From: Balanoglossus misakiensis
Taxonomy: Eukaryota; Animalia; Hemichordata
Length of the DNA stretch: 64,000 bases
Reading direction: 5' to 3'
Assembly: GCA_040954595.2 (NCBI GenBank)
Contig: CM082597.2
Location: 8,204,343 to 8,268,342 of the forward strand
Shown: positions 24,401-36,420 of the stretch, in pieces
Layout of the letters: each line of letters begins with the position of its first letter
Numbering within the stretch: position 1 is the first letter of the stretch
Made by a program: the position numbers and the translations under genes
The notes under the pieces: model-generated
What the model saw: the letters and a program-made list of their open reading frames with translations, nothing else
Told to the model about the DNA's origin: nothing
Database searches by the model: none

Positions 24401-27376
24401 CAGAACTACACAGGTTGTCAACTATGCAGGAAAGGCTGATGTCCCAACTACTTACTTTTATCCTCGCAAATAACCCTTTGAAGTTCTCTGCAGTTTTTAG
24501 TGTGCCAACTGAATAATCTCTCAGTGTCACATCTGTATAAGAAAGTATTTTTAAGACTTGTACAATGATTACTGTACAGAGTCAATAGTGATCTCTATAG
24601 AATGTGGGTTGGTCATAAGGCCACATTTTGCGTTATTTGAATAAAATCATTAACCATGAAGCATACCCTGGCTTAGTTTTCCAAAAATCGTTCAATATAA
24701 AAACTCAATCTTGACATGGGCAGGGTTCCGATTACTTTCTTACATCCACTGTCTTTCATGTTGTAGGGAACATGTTGGAATTGTAATGCAATCAGCGTTA
24801 GCTGTAAAGTATCATTCTCAAATTGTGCTTTGCAATTCAGACGACATGGCAGATTAAGTTGACAATATACCAGAAATAGTGCAAAATACTGTTATTTTAA
24901 CAGAGTGCAACCTTTAGGATAAGAAACACGTGTTCTAACAAGCATACACACATTTAACTGCCATCATTTCTCCAATGTAATCTCCCAAATTCCCACGCTT
25001 ATGACAACTAGTCAAAATTATTAAAGAAATGGAAAAACATGAATACGGTTCTAGCAACGCGGAAATCAGCGTGAACAAAGAGTGACTCGCTCTGCGTAAA
25101 TGCACAATCCGACTTCAATAGCCTGGTTGGTCGAAAAAGGCGGTTGTTCCAATAGTAAACCACTGGCTGTCTTGACATTGCCATCCGCTGTGATGATAGC
25201 ATCAATCCATACCTCCTCCACCAATGGAACGCCGTAACAGTACTGGCCATAAGCCCATACGGTTGTGTCGGTTAGAAGACGTAATCCATACTTTTCACAT
25301 ACTTGGTATGCATCCATCGCGGTCACCCCGAAACTCGTAGTTACGTCGAAAGAAGCTGCAACTGAGATTAACGTTTATTTATTTCCCTTAAAATCCCCTA
25401 GAGCTGCCACTTTTTGCATTATTTTCATTATTTTATTTTCCAACTTAAATTGATCCATCTCAATAAGCCTACTGATAGGTATACATGAACACCTTATCGA
25501 TGCCCGATTGTGACTGCATGTTGCAATTTTGAACACGCCATGTATTAAACAGTTGCCGCACCGATTTAATTAGCCTCCACACAAATAGTACGCAGCTATC
25601 CTGGTATGCGTCGCCAAGAGATGACAAACTGATGCAATTGCAGGTAATACGGCATGGTGAGGATTTTAGAGGATAGGGAATATATTTGAAGTATTTTACT
25701 GCGGAAATAATGTGAAATTTGGCAACTATAGGGGCCTTCAAATGAATGTCTATAATGATTTGTTGTCTCTCAGTAAGCGTTTATTTGTCGTCTGTATTTA
25801 ACAAAAACGGCAAAAAACACCGATAAGTATCTACATATATTTCGTAAATAAACCAAAAACACGTTGTATCAATTTAAGAAGGTGATTGTTTCATATACAT
25901 AAAGAGGCAAATGTTATGAAAATACATAAATTAAAAACGTGTCTTTCCACTTGAACAAACAAAGATAGGTCGATCAGTCATAAGGAAAAGTATGAACTAA
26001 GTGTCAAAGAATTAATTGAACTAGAACTTACTCGCATCTTCACACAGAGCCACCGTTTGAAGGCCGAAGGTGCCGTTCGTGCCACATCTAATATTTTTCC
26101 ATGCGCCATTCCTGGGAATTGAAACGTAAAGTAATTATATGTTTTCTCCACTCATTAACGCCAATCAACCATCAAACAACAATGGAGAATTCAATCCATG
26201 CACATAATCTTAAATTGACAGAAACATGAGATAAATTTGTTAGATTGTTGTACCACATTTTGCAGAGCAATCTGGCCATACCTCACAGTTTCCGATTGAA
26301 ATTTTCCATAAAAAGGAGCCATGTGTACTCAATTACAAAAGACATCAAATTGTGATCCGAAGATATTGTCCATTGTAACATCTGCATGTCTTTAAATTGT
26401 CAATAAACTCTGTCCCGACTGATTTTCCATTCTGAGATTCTGCGCATGATACAGAATGATTGCTTCAAGTTTAGCTGTATTATAATGAGCACAAAAACAC
26501 ACATTTTTTTCATATTATAATATTATAATAGTTTCAAAACGCTCAACTCACCACAGTGAGAGACACTCTCCATCATACTCTGGAGAAAGTGTACCCCAGT
26601 TCTTGTGAGTCAAAATGTCCCCGTCTCTTGTGACTGCGCGTTCGTTGTCAATCACACGAGCATCTATCCAGTATATAACGGCTGAACTTTGTCGTTCTTC
26701 TAAAATGTTTACAATAGCTGCATGTTTTTCTTCGCTGTCATCTTTAACAAGGCGAAGACCTAATCGCTCACAAAAAATGTAGGCAGAAGAGTGATCAATC
26801 GGCCTGAAAACGTGGTAGGTGACGCAACCTGGAAATAAAATCGTTATTCTTATGACAGTCAGTTTAAACAATCACAAAATAATAAGATTCATGCGCTCCT
26901 GTTTTCAGGCCTAGGTAAGAAATATCAGCAAAGCGGCGAATCTACACAGTCCAGATGGAAAGAAAGGCTGTCAAGCAGCGAAATCGAGATAATTTAGCTG
27001 CGCAAGGGGTTTGTCAAGCAGCAACACCTAGATAGTTTAGCCGCAATTGCCGGGTTTTTTCCCGAAATTCCGTGGGATTTCAAAATGGCGATCAGGAGTA
27101 CAAACACTCGCTAACTATCAGTTTTTCCTGATATTATGTGTTTAAAAGCAAAATTTCGGAATAAACTTTTGAAGAAGATAGAAAAAAAAAACATCGGAGC
27201 ACGGACACGTCTCTAGCTGATATTTCTTACCTAGGCCTGGTTTTGAGGAATTAAAATGTCTTACCTGCTTGCTGCAGTAATGTCACCGACAGAATGACGA
27301 ATGTAGGGATGAGCGTTAACTTTAAGGGTATTTCACGACAATGTCGCAACATTTTACAGCTTCTCAGGCAAGTCAT
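15442..27376 (-). CDS. Lectin-GAIN array copy C: putative secreted protein, leader + 2 C-type lectin domains + polycystin-like GAIN/GPS, no TM region (~646 aa, 13 exons)
   Basis: Exons 27376-27265, 26828-26552, 26111-26032, 25355-25091 (GC donor), 24532-24456, 19172-19102, 18936-18846, 18475-18141, 17484-17376, 17024-16900, 16693-16465, 15952-15867, 15525-15442. Phases are compatible and the frame is open. CTL motifs: FCERLGLRLV, YWIDA, W..IRC...LCE. GAIN-like: NPH...ILTLEFRDEDGNEIKVKN. GPS: CSYFDETNWQNDGCK-VSPKSDFNSTLCLCNHLTVF. Confidence 0.82.
17661..18005. mobile_element. Kolobok-like foldback MITE, TTAA TSD
   Basis: TTAA|AGGGACAAAGTCTCTCTCTCGCTGCC ... GGCAGCGAGAGAGAGACTTCGTCCCT|TTAA with long inverted arms. 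It is absent from the paralogous intron near 42.4 kb. Confidence 0.85.
19646..24288. mobile_element. Academ-like non-autonomous DNA transposon (4643 bp), 3-bp ATA TSD, with nested repeats
   Basis: Ends TAGTCAGGTGGAGATTT / AAATTTCCACCTAACTA with ATA on both sides. The empty site CATTACACATACGGGCATTT is present in copy A (~44368-44387). TAG..CTA ends with a 3-4 bp TSD fit Academ. Confidence 0.82.
26906..27239. mobile_element. hAT-like MITE with 5-bp GTTTT TSD, rearranged copy
   Basis: CAGGCCTAGGTAAGAAATATCAGC...GCTGATATTTCTTACCTAGGCCTG flanked by GTTTT. The empty site CTGTTTTGAGG is seen in copies A and D. Confidence 0.82.
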
Positions 27377-28927
27377 GGTTGCGAGTTGTGCGGCTAATCT
27401 GCGATCAACCTGTATATTAAAAGCTTGATAAGTTATGCGTGTTTTGCAAAGAATTGTAACTACTGGTTGTGTGAGCCAAGCACCATGGAGACGCTATGCC
27501 TTCGGGTTGTTTGGAACTGGAACGTTGCTGCGTCAATTGCCCCGCCCCTACACCTTTCTCAAGATAACAAGGAGAGAGTCTTTGAGCATGTACACACACC
27601 AACTGCTGAAGGACATTAAAAGTGTACAGGGGACTTGAGAAATTATTATGTTTTGTAAAGAATAGCAACCACCGCAGAGAGCATGGGATAAATGGAGACG
27701 CTATGTCGTGTTCTTTCAATTTTTTGTTAGCAGATACATCCTAGGGGTTGTTAGGGCCAACCAACTGGAACGTTACTGCGTCAATTGTCCCTACCGTCGA
27801 GATAACAAGAAGATAGTCAGTGTGCATGTGCACACGTTACCTGCTGAAGGGCACAATGAAAAATGTAAAGGGATGCATGTTTGAACAATTAAATTCGTTG
27901 GAAATTAAATTTGAAAACAGTATTGCAAATATCTAATGACAAGTTTCACTGGTCTATTGTTTAAATCAAGGAAATACGTACGTGTAAATATCAACTTTAA
28001 TTCCTCAACTGTTTCACCCAACTAATGGATTTTCGGCTTATTGTCCTGCAAATATACATTTATCTTGAGTGTACATGTGATATATATTTAATGTCTTGCC
28101 TTTCATGCATTGAGCACACCAATGATAATGCTACAATGCGGTTTCCCAGAGGTTAATCCTCCGGTTAGGGTCCCTGGAGTAGATCTTAAGAGAGTGGCTT
28201 TAATTTATTTATGGTCACATTTTTATTCTCAAATTCTGCAGTTCTAAAAATACAATTTGTAATATTCTACCGCCTCTCATGTCATCTGCATTTAACATTT
28301 ACATTATTCAGATATTGAATGACTTCTGCTGCTGCGGGATATGTTGCTGAAGACATATGCGAGTATGAATTCAGCACATCTGGTATACAAAAGTATCTGC
28401 AAAATTTACCCAAATACGACATACACCCCTCCTTAATATCGACATTCCCAAAATCGATCGTCTCCCACTACGTGAGGAATGCAACATTTTTAAATGCTTT
28501 CGACGAATGTGGCGATGATCGTTAACGTCAAAGGGATTTCACGACAACATTGTAACAATTTACGTCTCCTCAGGCAATCCACGGTTGACAAATTTTGCAT
28601 CTGACCCCAATCAATGACAATTTGGCAAATTGTCCCGCACTTATACATTTCCTTTGAGTGTACATGTGATATATATTCAATAACTTGTCTTTAGTGCATT
28701 GTCCACGTCAAAAATAATGCTACAATACGGATTCCCAGAGGTTAACCCATCGGTTAGGTTTCTGAGGTAGAATCTGAAAGAGTGGCTTTAATTTATTTAT
28801 GCAGACATTTCTTATTCAAAATTCGCAATTCTAGAAATCCAATTGTAAGATTTTATCGCCTCTCATGTCATCTACATTTCACATTTGCATTATTCAGATA
28901 ATGAGTCACCAACAAACTTCCACTGCG

Positions 28928-29000
28928 GAGAATTTTCTGGAGATATTTGAGAATTTTCTGGAGATATTTGAGAATTTTCTAGAGATTTTGAGAATTTTGT
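28928..29000. repeat. Short 21-bp tandem repeat
   Basis: GAGAATTTTCTGGAGATATTT repeated about 3.5 times. Confidence 0.75.
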
Positions 29001-30059
29001 AGTGATAATTCAGAGTTTTTTCTTAGTAATTTAAAATACTGATAATAGTAGTGTAAGTTGTGATGTAAACCACCAACATATGGGTTTTCATCTGGGTTGG
29101 GAGGTTTGTCACACTATCTTTTGTTATTTTAAATTATTTATATGATGGCATTAGATAGGTTTATTAAGATGGCATAGTTTAGAAAGTTTATTTTTACACA
29201 CATACATACACGCAAATTCGTCTGCATATGGTTCAACGTTGATTACGGACTGTCATTACGATCAACGATTTCAAGACGCGTTGTAAACAACTGTGTAACA
29301 TTATGATTGCACTTAACCTATGTACGGCTTATTAAGAAAAACAAAAGAAGCTATCTAGAGGGCAGAACTTCAACTTGTCAATAATCATCCCATATTAGCT
29401 CCATTGAGATGCTAATGATGAGTATAAAAGGGACACCCAGCTTGAAATACGGGCAGTACAAATCAAGATCTGAGGTACTCACAACATCTGGCTATAGTGC
29501 AACAATGAAGTGATGATGTGGCAGACTACCATGTGCTGTTGAAATTGGTTCAATATACAAGGACATGCTCTACTTCAAGCGAACAGTGCTGGACTAACAG
29601 AAATTGCTGGACATCGCCGTGCCATCGTGTTATGTCGCCTGAAGTTCTGTGAAAGCAACGTTGTGTCTACATCTCTACCAGAACTGACTTTCTACGATGG
29701 AGAAGACGCGCGCGAGCCATTGCAGTTTACCGGTAACGTTAGTACACACACACCTTAGAATAGGACTTAGCTAAATGCCATCACAGTTTATTTAATCTTT
29801 TATTGTTAATATTATAAGCTTCACTGCAGTTATTGAATTATTTTCCTGTGACTAGCGCCAGTTAAATTTGTGCTTGGTGACTAGCTCGTGTAGAGTATAT
29901 TTCATCATTGTCAAGTTTGCATTGCAAAGGTTATTGCATTTATTACTCTTGTTTTCCCAAATTCACACAACCAGCACTAGGCTATACCAGATGCTCTGTG
30001 TGTTTTACCAATTATATGATTGATAGGCTGCACAGTGGCAGGAATGGTGGTCGGATGTA

Positions 30060-30610
30060 AGTACAAATGAGAAAACAAACTATTACAGGAATTTCAAAAC
30101 AGATTTAACACTCGAACTGTATATTTCATGTATTGATTTTTTCATATATCGCCGAGCCTCGGCAAGATTTAGATGTGGAAGTCATCGACTAGAAATTGAA
30201 ACTGGGCGTCACAGACAAATAGACAAGATGTTGAGGATCTGTAAATTTTGTCAGAAGGATATAAAAGATGAATATCATTTTTTATTAGTATGCCCTTTCT
30301 GGGATTTTTTGAGGAAAAAGTACCTGCCATATGAATTTTACAGGTCACCTTTCCTATACTCTTTAAAAACTTAAATGGAGACAAAAGATGTAAATCAAAT
30401 CAAGAATTTAGCTTTACTTATCTTTCATGCGTTCAGAGTTAAAGAAGCAGAGTGAGCGTTAGAATTGGTTGTTTGTTTGTTTGTTTGTTTGTTTTTCTTT
30501 CCTCATGACATGTTATTATAATTCAGTCTTAGGACGGTGTCACTTGAGAGACTTCAATATTCTGTATTCATATAAGGGGCCGGAGGCCTACATTATGCAG
30601 AAATAAATTA
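30060..30610 (+). mobile_element. 5'-truncated non-LTR retrotransposon (LINE) 3' end
   Basis: Translates as ...RFRCGSHRLEIETGRHRQIDKMLRICKFCQKDIKDEYHFLLVCPF, the C-terminal CCHC motif of RTEX/L2-type ORF2. AATAAA and an AT-rich tail follow near 30602. Confidence 0.8.
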
Positions 30611-30681
30611 TATATTATAAGTAGATTATTATCTAGAGTTTCACCCTATAGAACCCAACAGAATGTTTATGTCAACATTAA

Positions 30682-31176
30682 AGGTATATGGGCTCCATTA
30701 AAGTTTTAAATAATCTCATATACTTTTAATTATGTCTATTAAATTATATTTCATGATAATATATCAAGCTCAACACTTATTTATGACAAAATGACCAAAC
30801 ATTAAAGAAAAACGAAAATTCCTGCAATTTTTAAAAAAGTGCAATATTACAATGAAAAAGGAAAATATAATGTCTCAGCGGTGTACATATACTTCCATGA
30901 GCTCAAGTGGATGTGATCATGTGTTGCTTATGAAGTTTCATAACTGGAAATGCAACATTTTCATTGTTTCTTGTATTTTCCGAAGGTGGCGGCCCTTTTC
31001 GCTTGCGGCAAAGCTTTATTATTTATCTGGTTAAAACTTGCCTATGCACTCATATTTAGGGTTTATAATGCTTGTGTATAGTTCACTGCCTTCATCTGCA
31101 TGGACTAATAGTAGTACAGTTTGAAACAAAAATTATGATAATTATCCCAAAAGTTGGAGCTTACATGTATGTGCCT
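30682..31176. mobile_element. Kolobok-like MITE, TTAA TSD (same family as 48843-49347)
   Basis: TTAA|AGGTATATGGGCTCCA ... TGGAGCTTACATGTATGTGCCT|TTAA. The body closely matches 48.9-49.3 kb, and it is absent at the paralogous site ~44228. Confidence 0.8.
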
Positions 31177-32655
31177 TTAAAGTTTAGGCGCTGCAACAGT
31201 TTAAGGGATTGTTACTTCTGTTCCTACATACTGCAGGACCACCTTCTGCTATCTCGTGGCGGAACAGTACAATTTTTGTTTCAATTATCCATTTACCGAA
31301 AGCAGCAAGTAATGGTCCATTATACATTTTGATATTCTTAATGCGACTCTCTTACACGCGGATAAATGTATTTATACCATGCGTAACTATGCATGTGTCG
31401 ACTTTCCATGTATCATGGCATATGTTGAATGTATACATTCCACAAAACTATACACAGGTGGACAACTATGCAGTCTACAGTCTACATTGAACCAACCAAC
31501 ATAACCAATTGTGCCACATCTGTATAACAAAGTATTGTTTAAGACTTGTACAATGATTACTGTACAGTGTCAATAGTGATCTCTACAGAATGCGGGTTGG
31601 ACATAAGGCCACATTTTGCATTATTTGAATAAAATTAGTAATCCTGGCTTAGTTTTCCAAAATCATTCAATATAAAAACTCAAACTTGACATTGACAGTG
31701 TTCCAATTACTTTCTTACATCCACTGTCTTTCATGTTGTAAGGCACATGTTGGAATTGTAATGCAATCAGCGTTAGCTGTAAAGTATCATTCTCAGATTT
31801 TGCTTTGCAATATGCCAGATTAAGTTGATAAAATACCAGAAATAGTGCAAAAATACTGATTATTGCAACCTTTAAGATAAGAAACACGTGTTGCAACAAG
31901 CATACAAACATTTAACTGCTATCGTTTCTCCAATGTAATCTCGCAAGTTCTAACGCCTATGACATCTAGTTAAAGACATGAAAGAAATGGAAAAACATAT
32001 ACTGTTCTAGCAACGCGCAAAATAGCGAACTAAGAGCGACTCACATTACATAAATACATGATCCGACTTCAAAAGTCCGGTTGGGCGCAAAACGCGTGTG
32101 TTCCAATATTAAACCGCCGGCTGTCTTGACATTGCCATCTGCTGTGATGATAGCATCAATCCAGAAGAATGGCCACCGTGAAAGGAATTCACAGTAATGC
32201 TCAAATTTCCATTCAGTTGTGTCGGCTAGAAGACGTAATCCAAACTTTTCACATAGCTGGTATGCATCCACCATGCTTTTCTTGAGTGTGTTAGTTAAGT
32301 CGAAAGAAGCTGCAAATGAGATAAACGTAATTTATTTCCCTTAAAATCCTCTAAAGCTGCCATTTTTTTGCATTATTTTCATGATTTTATTTTCCAACTT
32401 AAATTGGTCCATCTAAATTAGCCTACTGATAGGTATACATAAACACCTTATCGATGCCCGATTGTGACTGCATATTGCAATTTTGAACACGCCATGTATT
32501 AAACAGCTGCCGCACGGATTTAATCAGCCTCCATACAAACAGTACGCAGCTATCGTGGAATGCGTCGCCAAGAGATGACAAACTGATGCAATTGCAGGTA
32601 ATACGGGATAATGGTGAAGATTTTACAGGATAGGGAATATATTTGAAGTGTTTTA

Positions 32656-34017
32656 GGGACCGTTCAGTTTTTACGGGCGGGGGGGGGGGGGTGGCAAAAT
32701 CCAGAGTGGGGGGGTCACTTAAATTTTTAAGTCCAAAAGGGGGGGGGGGTCATCTGTGTTTTTTAAAGGTTTAGGGGGGGGGGGGGTCACATACTATTGC
32801 CACCGAACTTTTACTTTTGAGTCCACAAAATTGCAGTTTTGCGCCCTTTATTTTACACAATTTTCTCATGTGGGAGAGGGAAACCCCCTCACACGCCCAC
32901 CCCCTTCATTCTTCGCCACATTTCGTTTTTTGCTGGTTTATCTAGTGTACCACGGCAGAGTGCCTGCCACCCCAACCCCACTGATGATAATATTTAACAA
33001 AATAAATACACAAAGGAGAATAATTGTTTAAACCATTTCGCAAAACTGATACTTTCGCGCTGCATCTTCTATATACTAGAAGTTTTATAAATGATGTCAT
33101 GACGAAGAAAACGCCAAATCTTCTAACTTTGAGTGGAGTGGCAAAAAGTAAAATTGGTCCTCCCAAACATTGAGATTATTTGCTTTTGAGTTCATAAAAA
33201 TGCAACTTTGAGCTACATATTTTACATATAAATTTTCTAATGTGAGAGGGACACCCCCTCCCACACCCACCCCTCCATTCTTCGCCACATATCATTTAGT
33301 CGCTGGTTTGTCTAGTGTACCAGGGCAAACTACTTGCCACCCGATGCGTACTTTGAGTGGAGTGGCAAAAGTAAAATTGGTCCTCCCAAACATTGAGATA
33401 ATTTGCTTGAGGGGACACCCCCTCCCACGCCCACCCCCTCCATTCTTCGCCACATATCATTTATTCGCTGAATTGTCTAGTGTACCAGGGCAGACTTCTT
33501 GCTACCCCACCCCGATGCTTACTTTTAGTTGAGTGCCAAGATTTAAATTTGTCCTGCCTAACATTGAGTTAATTTGCTTTTGAGTTCATTAAAATGCAAC
33601 TTTGAGCACCGTATTTTACAAAATTTTCTTATGTGGGAGGGGGACACCCCCTCTTGCTTTCTCACGCCCATCCCCGCCACTTTTCTTGTTTTACCAATTC
33701 TAGCAACTATATTGTATTGTCTTATCATTTTAATTTGTCCATAGATTTATTTATTGCAACGATATACAATTATATATTTCAATTACTTTTAAGAAATTTA
33801 AATTGAGGTGTGAGGACCCTCATTCCCTTTATTGAATATAGTGTACATAGGATCAGGACGGCGAATGTTTTCGGCGTGGGGGTCATCATATTTTTGGGTC
33901 TGTCAAAAAGGGGGGGGGGGTCATCATTTTTTGGTCCTGGGTGAAGCGGGGTCGGCCTGATTTTGAAAACCGATGACACAAACTTGCCGCCCCCAGCCGT
34001 AAAAACAGAACGGTCCC
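32656..34017. mobile_element. Harbinger/PIF-like non-autonomous element with G/C-run subterminal regions
   Basis: TTA|GGGACCGTTCAGTTTTTACGG ... CCGTAAAAACAGAACGGTCCC|TAA, with internal duplications. Partial copies lie at ~14290-14840 and ~39190-39390. Confidence 0.78.
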
Positions 34018-35234
34018 TAAGTGTCAAAGAATTAATTGAACTAGAACTTACTCGCATTTTCACACAGAGCTTCCACTTGAGGGCCGAAGGTGCCGTTCAT
34101 GCTACATCTAATATTTATCCATGCGCCATTCCTGGGAATTGAAACGTCAAGTAATTATATGTTATCTGCACTCATTAACGCCGATCAACCAGCAAACAAC
34201 AATGGAGAATTCAATGATCTTAAATTGACAGACAAACGAGATAAATTTGTGAGATTGTTGTACCACATTTTGCAGAGACAGGTTTTTGTTCAACGGTAAA
34301 ATGGACATATCTCACAGTTATCGATTGAATTTTTCCCTAAGGATTTATAGTCGATTCTATTTTCCTATCACGTGACGGATTTTGGCGAATCACAACACAG
34401 TATTAGCATGAGGTATATTATAATGTATACAAAAGTTTTCTGCAATTTGTCCTTAACGGTTGACTAAGATCATGGAGAATAAAGTCTGCATGATCTAAAA
34501 TTGGCAGAAACTTAAATAAATCAGGGTTAGATTGGTGTAACACATTTTGTAGTGAAAGTTTGGTGTTCAACTGTACGGTAAACGATGAGATAAATCTGGA
34601 CATATCTCACAGTTACCGAATTGAATTTTTCCACAAAAGGAGACATGTGTACGCAATTACAAAAGACATCAAATTGTGATCCGAAGATATTGTCCATTGT
34701 AACATCTGCATGTCTTTAAATTGTCAATAAACTCTGTCCCTACTAGATTTCCATTCTGAGATCGCGGGCTTCTGCGCATGACGCATGATGATTGCTTCAA
34801 GTTTAGCTATATTATAATGAGCACAAAAAACACACACTTTTTCAAATTTCAATATAGTTTCAAAACGCTCAACTCACTCCAGTGCGAGACACTCTCCATC
34901 ATACTCTGGCGAAAGTGTACCCCAGTTCTTGTGAGTCAAAATGTCCCCGTCTCTTGTGACTGCGCGTTCGTTGTCAATCAGACGAGCATCTATCCAGTAT
35001 TTAGTGTATAGAAGAAAGCCTCGTTCTTTTAAACTGTTTACTATAGCTGCGTGTTTTTCTTCGCTGTCATCTTTAACAAGGTGAAGACCTAATTGCTCAC
35101 AAAAAATGTAGGCAGAAGGGTGATCCATCGGCCCGAAAACGAGGTAGTTGACGCAACCTGGAAATAAAATCGTTATTCTTATGACAGTCAGTTTAAAAAA
35201 TCACAAAATAATAAGATTCATGTGCTCCTGTTTT

Positions 35235-35758
35235 CAGGCCTAGGTAAGAAATACCAGCAAAGCGGCGAATCTACACCGTCCAGATGAAAAGAAAGGCTGT
35301 CAAGCAGCGAAATCGAGATAATTTAGCTCGCAAGGGGTTTGTCAAGCAGCAACAACTAGATACTCTAGCTGCAATTCCCGGGGTTTTCCCCGAAAGTCCG
35401 TGGGATTTCTTTTCTATCTTCTTCAAAAGTATTGAGAGTTTAACAAAATCGTTTGGCACAACTATTTTTAAATGCACTAGTCCCAGAACGCGCAACTTCT
35501 TATTCCGAAATGTTGCTTTTAAACACATAATATCAGGAAAAACTGACAGTTAGCGAGTGTTTGTACTCCTGATCGCCATTTTGAAATCCAACGGAATTTC
35601 GGGAAAAAACCCGGGAATTGCAGCTAGACTATCTAGGTGTTGCTGCTTGACAAACCCCTTGCGCAGCTAAATTATCTCGATTTCGCTGCTTGACAGCCTT
35701 TCTTTCCATCTAGACGGTGTAGATTCGCCGCTTTGCTGACATTTCTTACCTAGGCCTG
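35235..35758. mobile_element. hAT-like foldback MITE (524 bp), ~170-bp inverted arms, 5-bp GTTTT TSD
   Basis: GTTTT|CAGGCCTAGGTAAGAAA ... TTTCTTACCTAGGCCTG|GTTTT at the same intron position as 26906-27239. Confidence 0.88.
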
Positions 35759-35844
35759 GTTTTGAGGAATTAAAATGTCTTACCTGCTTGCTGCAGTTGT
35801 GTCACCGACAGAATGACGAATGTAGCGATGAGCGTTAACTTTAA

Positions 35845-36420
35845 AGGTCCCATGTCATGCTTTGGAAAGTTTTCATTTTTCCACATCAAAAGCTCACCTA
35901 AGGTACTTGTCTATGCATTGCCTATTGTGTCGGTTCCGAAAAATGTGCGCGAATGCCGGAATTTGCCCCCTTTTTTCATGCCTGTGATCAGGGAGCCACT
36001 TCGCACTCGAGCCAGGCGAAGGTATTTGCATATGGACAAACAAGTACACTACGTCGTAGTGTACCATTCTGCTAACAGTGTGGTGTAATTAGCGGTCCAT
36101 GCGTACTTAAGTCCACAGACAAAGACAAGCTATATAAACAGTGTTCAAAGCAAAGGAATCCCTTGTTTCACATTACGGGCAGAGGATTTGCGAAGGTGTG
36201 AAAGACTATTTGTCCACATCAAGATAAGCCTTCGACTGAACTTCGAAAAGCCGAAAAAACTCGACTGAGTTGGGTTAGGGGTACAAGCCCACCCGCCACT
36301 TTTACTTGCTTGTTATCTAAGCACAAGGGGCAAAACGCATTGCAAGATAGTAACATACGTTAACTTCAAGACCCAAATAGTGATTTTACGCGTGGTTGTA
36401 TAGGGCATGGCATGCGACCT
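35845..36420. mobile_element. Kolobok-like MITE (576 bp), TTAA TSD, inserted in the leader exon of copy B
   Basis: TTAA|AGGTCCCATGTCATGC ... GCATGGCATGCGACCT|TTAA. Removal restores AACTTTAAGGGTATTTCACG as in copy C. Confidence 0.88.

Noticed and set aside
29058-29990. Possible solo LTR (TG...CA, TATAAAAG at ~29423)
   Set aside because: No TSD or second copy could be verified.
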